The notes beneath the pieces were generated by a model. It did no database searches. It was given only the letters and a program-made list of their open reading frames with translations, and was not told where the DNA came from. A program made the position numbers and the translations under genes. A stretch of DNA of 54,969 nt from Bacilli bacterium (GTDB taxonomy: Bacteria > Bacillota_I > Bacilli_A > RFN20 > CAG-826), in contig DAOPYW010000006.1 in NCBI GenBank assembly GCA_035353055.1, forward strand, positions 1 through 54,969, in the 5' to 3' direction. Shown piece by piece: positions 39,047-47,569 of this stretch. Positions within the stretch are counted from its first letter, which is position 1, and the number at the start of each line of letters is the position of its first letter.

Positions 39047-39903
39047 TCCCATAAACCTCTTAAACAAGCGAAGGCATTTTCGTTTTGACGAGCGTAGATA
39101 GCAATAGCTTTCTTGCGCTGATCTAACAATAAAACTTTATCATAATCTTTTGGTAATTTACCAAAACTAATTTTCATTCCATTCTTGGCTTTGATAGCAT
39201 CAGCTTCATCAAGGAGGATATAAGGAATGAGCTTTTCCAGCATCTGTTCAAGGGGAATAATCGATTGCTCACTGACGTTTTCGATGATTGTACTATCGTT
39301 TACATTTGCCTCGCTAATTTTGAGCCTTCTCAGGTTGCTCAAGAAGCCAACCGTGCCGAGCTTTTCGGCGATTGTTTCCCCTAATGTTCTCAGGTAAGTT
39401 CCTTTCGAAACTCGGCATTTAAAAATGATAATATTGTCGGAAAAAGACAGCAAATCGCAGCTTTTTGTATTGATTTTGCGGGCTTTCCGCTCAATTTCTT
39501 GCCCTTGATAGAAGTATTTGTAGAGCTTTTTGCCATCCACGTGAACCGCGCTAGTCATAGGAGGCACCTGTTCGCTCTCGCCTAATAATGAAGCAAGCGC
39601 TTCTTTGATTTGAGAAATGCTGATTTGGCTGACAGGGCTAGTGGCAATAATCTTCCCGGTTTGATCTCCAGTATCAGTCTTGCTCCCGAGGGTCAGTTCA
39701 GCAAGGTATTCTTTGTCCGCGTCTTCCCATAGAGTGATGGTTTTTGTCGCGGTTCCTAAGCAGACGATTAAGAGCCCGGTAGCAAAAGGATCAAGAGTGC
39801 CGGCATGGCCGACTTTTTTCTCATGGAAAAGATGTTGGATCTTATTGCAGACATCTCGGCTGGTCCAATCTTTGGGTTTATCAATTAGCAAATAACCATT
39901 CAT
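39043..39903 (-). CDS. truB: tRNA pseudouridine(55) synthase
   Basis: IDKPKDWTS, VGHAGTLDPFATGLL, SKGTYLRTL. Confidence 0.96.
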   Translation of the reverse strand: MNGYLLIDKPKDWTSRDVCNKIQHLFHEKKVGHAGTLDPFATGLLIVCLGTATKTITLWEDADKEYLAELTLGSKTDTGDQTGKIIATSPVSQISISQIKEALASLLGESEQVPPMTSAVHVDGKKLYKYFYQGQEIERKARKINTKSCDLLSFSDNIIIFKCRVSKGTYLRTLGETIAEKLGTVGFLSNLRRLKISEANVNDSTIIENVSEQSIIPLEQMLEKLIPYILLDEADAIKAKNGMKISFGKLPKDYDKVLLLDQRKKAIAIYARQNENAFACLRGLWE

Positions 39904-39942
39904 CTTTTATTTTCTACTTATATAAAATATAATAAGTCGGAT

Positions 39943-41130
39943 ATGAAAGCAATTCGAACGATACTAGCTTGCTTAAGACGCGCTGATCAGACTTATAACC
40001 TCATTCAGCACGGCGATCGAATAATCGTCGGTTTATCCGGCGGTAAAGATAGCCTTGTTTTAACCTATGCTCTTTCTTTATATAAAAAGTTTTCTCACAC
40101 TGATTTTGTCATTCAACCAGTCACGCTTGACTTGGGATTCCCCGGCTTTGATCCCGCCCCTTTAAAAACTTTTTGCGAATCCTTGTCGCTTGAATTAATT
40201 GTCAGCGATGCTCGAGAAGTATATCCCATTTTGCAGAAGCAACAAGGGCACTATAAGCATCTTCCTTGCTCGATATGCTCACGCATGAAAAAAGCGGCTA
40301 TCAATAAAGTCGCTCGCGAGTTGAATTTCAATAAAGTGGCTTTCGCTCACCACGCTGATGATGCGATTGAAACCCTGTTCATGAATGAGATCTACGGAGC
40401 AAAAATCGGCACCTTTTCTCCTAAAATGCATCTCGAGAGAGCGGATATTACTTTTATTCGCCCATTGATTTTAACTAGAGAAAAAGACATTATTGCTTTG
40501 GCAAAGGAAGAAAAACTTCCAGTGATGAAATCCATCTGTCCCGCCGATAAGCACACTACTCGTGAAGACATCAAAATATTGCTGAAAAATATCTATGAGG
40601 AGTTCCCTACCGCGCGAGAAAATTTCTTAAATATGCTCGATAATTACCCGCAATTCGATCTCTGGGGTGACCAAATTGCCTGGCAAATCAACCAAGATGG
40701 ATTAAATCTCAAGCCAGTGGTCTCCGCCGCTGATGCTGAAGCGATGATAGCGATTCGCACTGAAGTTTTTGTCAAAGAACAAGCGGTTTCTCAAGATGAG
40801 GAATTCATTCCTGCTGAAGAAGCTCTCGCACACTACTTTTTAATACGCCTTCTCGATAAACCCATTGGGGTGATCCGCTATCTTGAAAAAGAAGATGGAT
40901 TCTGGATTGGTCGCTTCGCTATCTTAAAAGAATATCGCCACCATGGATATGGCAAGCAGGCATTTTCTTACCTTGTCAGCCAAATTGAAGCGCGCCACAA
41001 TCCTTGTCTGATTAGCATTCACGCCCAATTATATTTGAAAGCTTTCTATGAGTCGTGTGGTTTGACCAGCCAAGGAGAAGTCTTTGACGAAGTGAATATC
41101 CCACACATCAAAATGATCAAGAAATGCTAA
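39943..41130 (+). CDS. TtcA-family tRNA thiolation PP-loop ATPase fused to an ElaA/YjcF-like GNAT acetyltransferase
   Basis: GLSGGKDS, PCSICSRMKK, HHADDAIET, IRPL, ICPAD; C-terminal IRTEVFVKEQ, IGRFAILKEYRHHGYG, HAQ...FYESCG, IPHIKM. Confidence 0.85.
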   Translation: MKAIRTILACLRRADQTYNLIQHGDRIIVGLSGGKDSLVLTYALSLYKKFSHTDFVIQPVTLDLGFPGFDPAPLKTFCESLSLELIVSDAREVYPILQKQQGHYKHLPCSICSRMKKAAINKVARELNFNKVAFAHHADDAIETLFMNEIYGAKIGTFSPKMHLERADITFIRPLILTREKDIIALAKEEKLPVMKSICPADKHTTREDIKILLKNIYEEFPTARENFLNMLDNYPQFDLWGDQIAWQINQDGLNLKPVVSAADAEAMIAIRTEVFVKEQAVSQDEEFIPAEEALAHYFLIRLLDKPIGVIRYLEKEDGFWIGRFAILKEYRHHGYGKQAFSYLVSQIEARHNPCLISIHAQLYLKAFYESCGLTSQGEVFDEVNIPHIKMIKKC

Positions 41131-41160
41131 AAAAAGATGCTTTGACAGCATCTTATTTTT
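41131..41160. terminator. Bidirectional terminator between the TtcA-GNAT gene and rbfA
   Basis: AAGATGCT/AGCATCTT stem flanked by A and T runs. Confidence 0.7.
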
Positions 41161-41488
41161 TTGCTTTTTCTAATAATTCAGTGATTTTGCTCTCTCTTTG
41201 AAATCCTTCATCGAGAACAAAGATTAAACTAGGGATTCTCCGAGTGTCCATTTTCTTCGCTAATGAAGAGCGGATGAAACCTTTCGAGTGCTCCAAGACT
41301 TCCATTCCATCTTTCACTTCTTCAGGTTTAATGAAAGAGACAAAGACTTTCGCATAGGAAATATCTTTGCTGACTCTCACTTCCGGAATAGTCACGAAGC
41401 CTAGTTTAGGATTATGAAGTTCAAATTGGATGATATCAGCGATATTCTTGCGAATAACCGCAGCGATTCTCTCCATTTTATTTGCCAT
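41153..41488 (-). CDS. rbfA: Ribosome-binding factor A
   Basis: VRVSKDISYAKVFVS, GFIRSSLAKK, RRIPSLIFVLD. Confidence 0.95.
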   Translation of the reverse strand: MANKMERIAAVIRKNIADIIQFELHNPKLGFVTIPEVRVSKDISYAKVFVSFIKPEEVKDGMEVLEHSKGFIRSSLAKKMDTRRIPSLIFVLDEGFQRESKITELLEKAKK

Positions 41489-41490
41489 AA

Positions 41491-43344
41491 TTACTTCTCT
41501 TCGACCATCTCATAACCTTCGATGATGTCTCTTTCTTTCACGTCGTTGTAGTTTTCAATTACAATTCCGCATTCGAAACCGGCCTTCACTTCTTTGGCTT
41601 GATCTTTCTCTCTCTGCAAGGAAGAGATCTTTCCTTCATAGATAACAATGCCTTCGCGGATAAGGCGCATCTTGGAGTTAGCGCGAATCAGTCCATCGGT
41701 GACCATGCAACCAGCAATCGTACCGATTTTGCTCACCTTAAACAGGCGGCGAATCTCCGCTTGACCAGTGATTTTTTCGACCATGATTGGGGCTAGCATA
41801 CCTTTCATCGCCGCTTGAATCTCTTCGATCAGAGCATAGATGATGCGGTGGAGGCGAATCTCGACCTTTTCTTCTTCCGCTTTAGCGCGAGTGACCGCGC
41901 TGGGGCGAACATTGAAACCATAGATGATGGCTTTTGAAGCGCTGGCTAATAGCACATCACTCTCAGTGATGGCTCCGCTGGTAGCGCGAACAATGTTAAT
42001 TTTAATTTGGTCATTGGAGAGCTTCTCTAAGGAGCTCTTCACAGCTTCGGCGCTGCCGGTAGAATCGGCTTTGATAATGATGTTTAATGACTGCACTTCA
42101 CCTTCGTGAATGCGATTGTATAGATCATCCAAAGAGGCTCCACCACTGGAAAGTCTATCGCGAGCCTCTTTGATTCTGCGGCGTTTCATCGCGATTTCGC
42201 GAGCTTCGCTCTCTTGGCTGAAAGCCATAAAGCGGTCGCCTGCCAATGGCACTTCGCCTAACCCGATGACTGAAACAGGAGTGCTTGGCGCAGCTTCTAA
42301 TAAAGTTTTGCGGTATTCGTTAGTCATGCGGCGGGCTTTGCCGTAGACGATTCCAGCGACGAGATAGTCGCCTTCTCTAAGGGTACCGTTTTGCACTAAT
42401 AGAGTGGCTTTTGGACCTTCGTTTTTGTCTAGGCTAGCTTCCAAGACCGTTCCCATCGCAAAGCGATCGGGATTGGCTTTTAATTCTTTCATCTCTGAGA
42501 CGAGGAGGATGGCTTCCATCAATCCTTCGATATTAGTTTTCTTCTTGGCGGATATTTCCACAGCGATGACATCGCCGCCGAAATCCTCTAGGAGAACATT
42601 GTTAGCCATCAGCTCATTTTTGACGCGGACAGGGTCAGCGCCTGGCTTATCCATCTTGTTGATGGCGACGATAATTGGGACGCCAGCGGCTTTCGCGTGA
42701 TCGATAGCTTCGATTGTCTGAGGCATGACGCCATCATCAGCCGCGACCACCAATACGACAATATCAGTGACGCTCGCTCCGCGAGAACGCATAGCCGTGA
42801 AGGCTTCGTGCCCGGGAGTGTCAATAAAGGTAATCTTCTGGCCACGGACTTCTTTTTGATAGGCGCCGATCTCTTGGGAGATGCCACCAACTTCGCTATC
42901 GACTAAGCGGCTGTTGCGAATCGCATCGATTAAAGTAGTCTTACCATGGTCGACGTGTCCCATAATCGTCACGACAGCAGGCCTTGGCTTTAGTTTGCTA
43001 GCATCATCGATAATTTCCACGTCTTCGAAGTTTTCGGCGGCGACAATCGTCTTTTTCTGAAAATCATAGCCGAATTGGAGACAGACTAAACCAATCAATT
43101 CATCATCGAGAATGGTGTTGATGGTGATCATCTTTCCCTGAAGGAAAAGAAACTTGATGATTTCTGACACTTGCACATCGAGAGTTTTTGCTAGTTCTGC
43201 TGCGCTAATGGCACCAGTATAGATGAAAACACCACCATTGATCTTCGTTTTCACTTTGTCAGTGCGAACTTTCGTGGAGACATTTACTTCTCGAGTGGGA
43301 CGAGTGTCCTTTCGATAAAATGTTTTATTGTTTTGTTTTGCCAT
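41491..43344 (-). CDS. infB: Translation initiation factor IF-2 (short form)
   Basis: [28 protein letters not shown]; start set at MAKQNN behind GAAGGTG. Confidence 0.97.
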   Translation of the reverse strand: MAKQNNKTFYRKDTRPTREVNVSTKVRTDKVKTKINGGVFIYTGAISAAELAKTLDVQVSEIIKFLFLQGKMITINTILDDELIGLVCLQFGYDFQKKTIVAAENFEDVEIIDDASKLKPRPAVVTIMGHVDHGKTTLIDAIRNSRLVDSEVGGISQEIGAYQKEVRGQKITFIDTPGHEAFTAMRSRGASVTDIVVLVVAADDGVMPQTIEAIDHAKAAGVPIIVAINKMDKPGADPVRVKNELMANNVLLEDFGGDVIAVEISAKKKTNIEGLMEAILLVSEMKELKANPDRFAMGTVLEASLDKNEGPKATLLVQNGTLREGDYLVAGIVYGKARRMTNEYRKTLLEAAPSTPVSVIGLGEVPLAGDRFMAFSQESEAREIAMKRRRIKEARDRLSSGGASLDDLYNRIHEGEVQSLNIIIKADSTGSAEAVKSSLEKLSNDQIKINIVRATSGAITESDVLLASASKAIIYGFNVRPSAVTRAKAEEEKVEIRLHRIIYALIEEIQAAMKGMLAPIMVEKITGQAEIRRLFKVSKIGTIAGCMVTDGLIRANSKMRLIREGIVIYEGKISSLQREKDQAKEVKAGFECGIVIENYNDVKERDIIEGYEMVEEK

Positions 43345-43426
43345 ATCAACACCTTCTTTCTTTCTGTTGGGGGCTAGGAGCATTTTCCTAGCAGTTTCCG
43401 ATCAATCGGAATATTAGCAATATCAG

Positions 43427-45130
43427 CTATTTACTGCTATTCTCATCGTAGTATTCATCATACTCATCGTAGTCGACTTCTTCGTCGGTATATGAGTCTG
43501 AACTGTGCTCTTCTTCTTCCATCTCCTTGAGCTCTTCTTCGGTATAGATGGACATGCGCTGGCTGGGATCAACCGCGACAGTGGACTTTTCTTCTTCTGG
43601 CACTTCATCTTCCTTCTTGACAGACTTGCGCCAGTTCTTGCGAACGAAGCCAGATTTTTTGTCTTCTTCCTCCAAAGTCTTCTCTAGATCGGAGAGAGTT
43701 GTGGTTGTTTTGACAACTTTGACTTCTTCCACTTTCTCTTCGGCTTTGTTCTCGGCGACTGGAGTGACTGGAGCAGGAGCGACTTCGACTTTCGCTTCCA
43801 CTGGAGTGACTTTCACTTCAGGAACAGCGATTTCTTCTTTTTCGCTCTCGAGCTCTAAAGCTTCATTGAGGTCAGTGTCTTCCTCTTCGTTCTCATAGAC
43901 GCGAGATTGAGGAGCCACATAGCCTTTGGGAAGGCCGGGGAGGACATCTTCAGCAGAGGAGACAAGCTTTGCTTGAGCAGCCTTAGCTTCCGCGATGAGA
44001 AGCTTCTGATGCTCGACTTCTTGAGCTTGTAATTCTTCGAATGATTGATAGGATAAACCAGCTGCTAGAGCATCGGTTTCCGTCTTGATATCGATATTGA
44101 AGCCAGTCAAGCGAACGGCTAAGCGCACGTTTACGCCTTTGCGTCCAATCGCTAAAGATAAGGAGTCATCTTTGACAATGGCGGTGGCAGTCTTGGCCTC
44201 GACATCATAAATAATACCGACGACATGAGCGGGCTTCAATGATTCCATGATAAATAATCCAGGATTTTCACTAAAGGCGATAATGTCGATCTTCTCTTTG
44301 TTGGTTCCATTGCCTAATTGAGAGACAATCTTCTGAATTCTCGATCCGTTTTGTCCGATGCAAGCACCGGCGGGGTCGACTTCGGGGTTGTGGCTATAGA
44401 CAGCGACTTTGCTGCGCTCGCCAGCTTCGCGAGAGATGCCTTTGATGACAATCGTGCCATCGTAGATTTCGCGGATCTCTTCGCTGAATAGGCAGCGCAA
44501 GAAGCCTTCGTTGCTGCGTGAGACCACGATGTGGGCGCCCTTGATATCGGTCGCGACATCGCTGACAAACAAGCGAATTTGGTCGCCGACAGCAAAGCGC
44601 TCGTCACCGATCATCTGCTTGCGAGGTAGATAGACGCTGGTTCTTCCGATGTTGATGGAGGCACCGCGCTCATCGATTTTCTCGATGCGGCCAGTGATCA
44701 TCGTATTGATTTTATCTTTGAAGGCTTCAAATAAAACATCCTTTTCCGCTTCGGCGAATTTTTGGCGAAGGATTGATTTGATGCTCATCGCGGTGGCTTT
44801 TCGGAGCTCTTCTAATGAGGCGGGAACGTAGTACATTTCATCTTTGATGAATCCCTTGCCTTCTTTCGCGAGAGCCTTCGCTTCCTTTTCTTCGATCTGC
44901 AAAAAATCATCTTCGACTTCTTTGACGATGTTTTTTAAATGATACATTTCGATACTGCCGGCTTCGGGGTCAATGTTCACTTTGACAAGCGCGTCATCGC
45001 CACCTAATTCCTTACGATATCCTTTGACCATCGCTTCCGTCAGTGAGCGGACGATGATCTCTTTGCTAATTCCGCGGCTGACCTCAATCTGATTGAGAGC
45101 CTCTCGGAATTCTTCTGCTTTGATAGCCAT
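43427..45130 (-). CDS. nusA: Transcription termination/antitermination factor NusA with long acidic C-terminal extension
   Basis: SREAGERSKVAV, GACIGQNGSRI, LSLAIGRKGVNVRLA. Confidence 0.96.
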   Translation of the reverse strand: MAIKAEEFREALNQIEVSRGISKEIIVRSLTEAMVKGYRKELGGDDALVKVNIDPEAGSIEMYHLKNIVKEVEDDFLQIEEKEAKALAKEGKGFIKDEMYYVPASLEELRKATAMSIKSILRQKFAEAEKDVLFEAFKDKINTMITGRIEKIDERGASINIGRTSVYLPRKQMIGDERFAVGDQIRLFVSDVATDIKGAHIVVSRSNEGFLRCLFSEEIREIYDGTIVIKGISREAGERSKVAVYSHNPEVDPAGACIGQNGSRIQKIVSQLGNGTNKEKIDIIAFSENPGLFIMESLKPAHVVGIIYDVEAKTATAIVKDDSLSLAIGRKGVNVRLAVRLTGFNIDIKTETDALAAGLSYQSFEELQAQEVEHQKLLIAEAKAAQAKLVSSAEDVLPGLPKGYVAPQSRVYENEEEDTDLNEALELESEKEEIAVPEVKVTPVEAKVEVAPAPVTPVAENKAEEKVEEVKVVKTTTTLSDLEKTLEEEDKKSGFVRKNWRKSVKKEDEVPEEEKSTVAVDPSQRMSIYTEEELKEMEEEEHSSDSYTDEEVDYDEYDEYYDENSSK

Positions 45131-45146
45131 AATTTCTAACTCCTTA

Positions 45147-45605
45147 TTAAAATTTAACTGCTAATCTTATATGCGATATATTTGCTTTCGCAATATCAAC
45201 CAACATAGTTCTAGTCTTCACTTTATACGATATAGTGATCAATTCACCAGTGACGCTGACTAGAGTACCTTCGTAGATATTTTCTCCCTTGATGGGCTGA
45301 GATAAATGAACATGAACCGAATGATTAAGATAAGCATCTAGCTTATCTACATTAAGAGGTTTCTCAGCTCCTAAGGAAGAAATATCTAAGGTGTAGGGGT
45401 TGTCAATAGGATTGATGGAATCGAGATATTCGTTTAGTTGATTGGATAGAGAGACAATCGTATTCATATCGATTGGTTCCACTCGATCAATGGTCAGCGA
45501 AAGCTGTCCACCGCCGCGAGAAAAAGATAGGGAAAAGTCCACTAACTCGAAACCGAGTTCGCGGCATTTTTCACTTAATTTAGCTTTCAATTCTTGCGTG
45601 TCCAT
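45147..45605 (-). CDS. rimP: Ribosome maturation factor RimP
   Basis: YTLDISSLGAEKPL, ISHIRLAVKF; first gene of the rimP-nusA-infB-rbfA operon. Confidence 0.92.
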   Translation of the reverse strand: MDTQELKAKLSEKCRELGFELVDFSLSFSRGGGQLSLTIDRVEPIDMNTIVSLSNQLNEYLDSINPIDNPYTLDISSLGAEKPLNVDKLDAYLNHSVHVHLSQPIKGENIYEGTLVSVTGELITISYKVKTRTMLVDIAKANISHIRLAVKF

Positions 45606-45615
45606 AGACCCCCTT

Positions 45616-45653
45616 AAAAACACAAAGAGTGACCTGTCAAGGCCACTCTTGTG
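45616..45653 (-). promoter_or_regulatory. rimP leader terminator/attenuator hairpin
   Basis: Minus strand CAC-AAGAGTGGCC-TTGACA-GGTCACTCTT-TGTG-TTTTT, between the promoter and the rimP SD. Confidence 0.7.
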
Positions 45654-45683
45654 CAGAGTTTTCGCGCGATTAAGCGCATAATT

Positions 45684-45711
45684 ACTATACCATTATATTA
45701 AATAATGTCTA
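45684..45711 (-). promoter_or_regulatory. SigA-type promoter of the rimP operon
   Basis: TAGACA, 16 nt spacer, TGG-TATAGT (extended -10). Confidence 0.55.
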
Positions 45712-45915
45712 CTTATTTTTATAAAAATTTCATCAGATTGAAGGGTTCGTGACGTTGCCGAAATAAATGGGCAAATCGCTCGCATCATAGATGATGTAAA
45801 TCAAGGGCTTATTGACCATGCCGTTTTGGTCTTTGACTCATCCAATTGAGACCAGCATTTTTCTCTCTTCATATTTTGGCAATAAGATATCGCTTTTTTC
45901 ATTTTTCTGAAGCAC
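45709..45915 (-). pseudogene. Coding-like frame interrupted only by three TGA codons (pseudogene remnant or UGA-recoded small gene)
   Basis: Manual translation: VLQKNEKSDILLPKYEERKMLVSIG*VKDQNGMVNKPLIYIIYDASDLPIYFGNVTNPSI**NFYKNK-TAG. Host-like codon choice; no clear SD. Confidence 0.35.
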
Positions 45916-45930
45916 TTAATAAGAGAAGAA

Positions 45931-45962
45931 AATAAAAGAAAAAGTGGACAATGTCCACTTTT
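45931..45962 (-). terminator. Hsp20 terminator
   Basis: AAAAGTGGACA/TGTCCACTTTT inverted repeat with a long U-rich tail on the minus strand. Confidence 0.8.
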
Positions 45963-45977
45963 ATTAGTTGGAGATTG

Positions 45978-46412
45978 CTATTTGATCTCGATGTATTTCT
46001 TTTCGATTTTCTTCGCTTCGACTTTGTTGATATCGAGAGTCAAAACTCCATCGCTTAAATTAGCAGTGATGTCGGAATCTTCGACGTCTTCGCCGACATA
46101 GAAGCTGCGGGAGAATTTACCCGCGAATCTTTCGCGCCTGATGTATTTGCCTGATTTGGTCTCATCGCTGTTGCGGTACTCTTCCGCATGGATGGTCAAG
46201 TAGCCATCTTTGAGCTCAATTTTGATGTTTTCTTTTTTGATACTGGGGAGATCGACATCGATGTGATATTGCTTTTCATCTTCTCGCACATCGGCTTTCA
46301 TCAATTCATTGCGCCTAATCTCGCGAGGGAAATCAAAGAAGTCTTCGAAGAATGGATCCCATAGATCAAATGAGTCATTTACAATGTTCGAAACGGCATA
46401 ATTTTTTTTCAT
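45978..46412 (-). CDS. Small heat-shock protein (Hsp20/alpha-crystallin family)
   Basis: MKADVRE, DLPSIKKENI, YIRRERFAGKFSRSF, DGVLTLDINK; two CIRCE elements upstream. Confidence 0.93.
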   Translation of the reverse strand: MKKNYAVSNIVNDSFDLWDPFFEDFFDFPREIRRNELMKADVREDEKQYHIDVDLPSIKKENIKIELKDGYLTIHAEEYRNSDETKSGKYIRRERFAGKFSRSFYVGEDVEDSDITANLSDGVLTLDINKVEAKKIEKKYIEIK

Positions 46413-46439
46413 AATTCTATCCTCCTTATGTTCGTTCGT

Positions 46440-46466
46440 TTGGCACTCTAACTCTATGAGTGCTAA
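46440..46466 (-). promoter_or_regulatory. CIRCE element upstream of hsp20
   Basis: TTGGCACTC-N9-GAGTGCTAA (one mismatch to consensus). Confidence 0.92.
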
Positions 46467-46474
46467 GCAATTAT

Positions 46475-46502
46475 ATTATAGACGATATTAGCACTCTGTC
46501 AA
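46475..46502 (-). promoter_or_regulatory. SigA-type promoter of hsp20
   Basis: TTGACA (46497-46502), 16 nt spacer, TATAAT (46475-46480). Confidence 0.8.
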
Positions 46503-46514
46503 GAGGTTTGCTAA
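46488..46514 (-). promoter_or_regulatory. Second CIRCE overlapping the hsp20 -35 box
   Basis: TTAGCACTC-N9-GTTTGCTAA. Confidence 0.75.
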
Positions 46515-46580
46515 AAATTCTTACTATAAATAGTAATGAAGGAAAATGTTAAGATATTAACCATCTTTTTGAGATAATAA

Positions 46581-46612
46581 AAAGAAAAAATCACCGCGAT
46601 TATTCGGTGATT
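46581..46612 (-). terminator. LicD gene terminator
   Basis: AATCACCG/CGGTGATT stem followed by a U-run on the minus strand. Confidence 0.7.
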
Positions 46613-46636
46613 ATCAAACGAATTGCTGGATGTTTT

Positions 46637-47566
46637 TTACTTTTTTAAACGCGTGTGGGTGAGCGAAAACTTCTTGAAGTGCTTGGCTTTTCTCTTGCGA
46701 TAGGGATATAGGGAAATCCATTTATCACCACTGTAGACATTGAAGCATCCCTCCCCGAACTTTAAGCGGCAGAACTCGCGCACATTATTAAAGGAATAGA
46801 GCAAATGCCCCTGAAAGTTGTATTCTCTAAAAGGATAGATTACTTCCCGCGGATAGGAGAGCGATTTTACTTCGCTGCCCCAGTCTTGGAAAGGGATGAT
46901 AATGGTCTGTGCCACTCTAGAAGATGAGGCGTATTTCTCGGCTATCTGTCGCTCGTATTCTTTGAGCTTAGTTTTCATCTTCACTAAAGGAGTATGAAAG
47001 ACGACATCTTTTAAGAAATAGGGAACCACATGTTTTTTGGCATACCAGAGGACTTTTTTATGCTCTTTTAGAGTCTCTGGGACACCCATGAAGACCACCA
47101 CGTCGATGAATACTCCATCGCCATCGCACCAGTTGGGCAAAGTTCGGTGATTCTTCTCCAAGATATAGGAATCTTTCTTGCGAATTTTGATCGTCGGAAT
47201 GAAAACGTTATAGCGATCATCGGTTTCAAAGGCATCGAAATAATAGGCATCGGGAAGATCTTCTTTGAGCATTTTGATAACGCGCGGTAAATCTTCGTAA
47301 TTGATGGCAATATCCACGTCATCATCCCAAGGGATGAAACCAGCATAATTAACCACTCCTAAAGCGGAGCCAAAAGCTAGAGCGTAAGGGATATTATGCT
47401 TCCGGCATAGCTGATCGAACACCAAAGTCATCTCAAGCAAGATCTTTTGTAGATCCTTGAGGGTCTTCGTTTCGCCATCTAGGTCTTTGCCGATGGAATA
47501 GATATGAAAATCTTCAGCCACTCCGGGAAATGAAAGCGGCTTAGCGCTGTTAACTTTTTGTGCCAT
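46637..47566 (-). CDS. LicD-family phosphotransferase
   Basis: LAFGSALG...GFIPWDDDVDIA, GVFIDVVVF. Confidence 0.9.
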   Translation of the reverse strand: MAQKVNSAKPLSFPGVAEDFHIYSIGKDLDGETKTLKDLQKILLEMTLVFDQLCRKHNIPYALAFGSALGVVNYAGFIPWDDDVDIAINYEDLPRVIKMLKEDLPDAYYFDAFETDDRYNVFIPTIKIRKKDSYILEKNHRTLPNWCDGDGVFIDVVVFMGVPETLKEHKKVLWYAKKHVVPYFLKDVVFHTPLVKMKTKLKEYERQIAEKYASSSRVAQTIIIPFQDWGSEVKSLSYPREVIYPFREYNFQGHLLYSFNNVREFCRLKFGEGCFNVYSGDKWISLYPYRKRKAKHFKKFSLTHTRLKK

Positions 47567-47569
47567 ATA

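Noticed and set aside
43423-43608. 61 aa minus ORF as a possible ylxR
   Set aside because: Lies out of frame within the nusA tail and lacks YlxR motifs.
45720-45900. 6S RNA or other housekeeping ncRNA
   Set aside because: Only short local hairpins; no long closing stem with central bulge. The coding-like frame explains the composition better.
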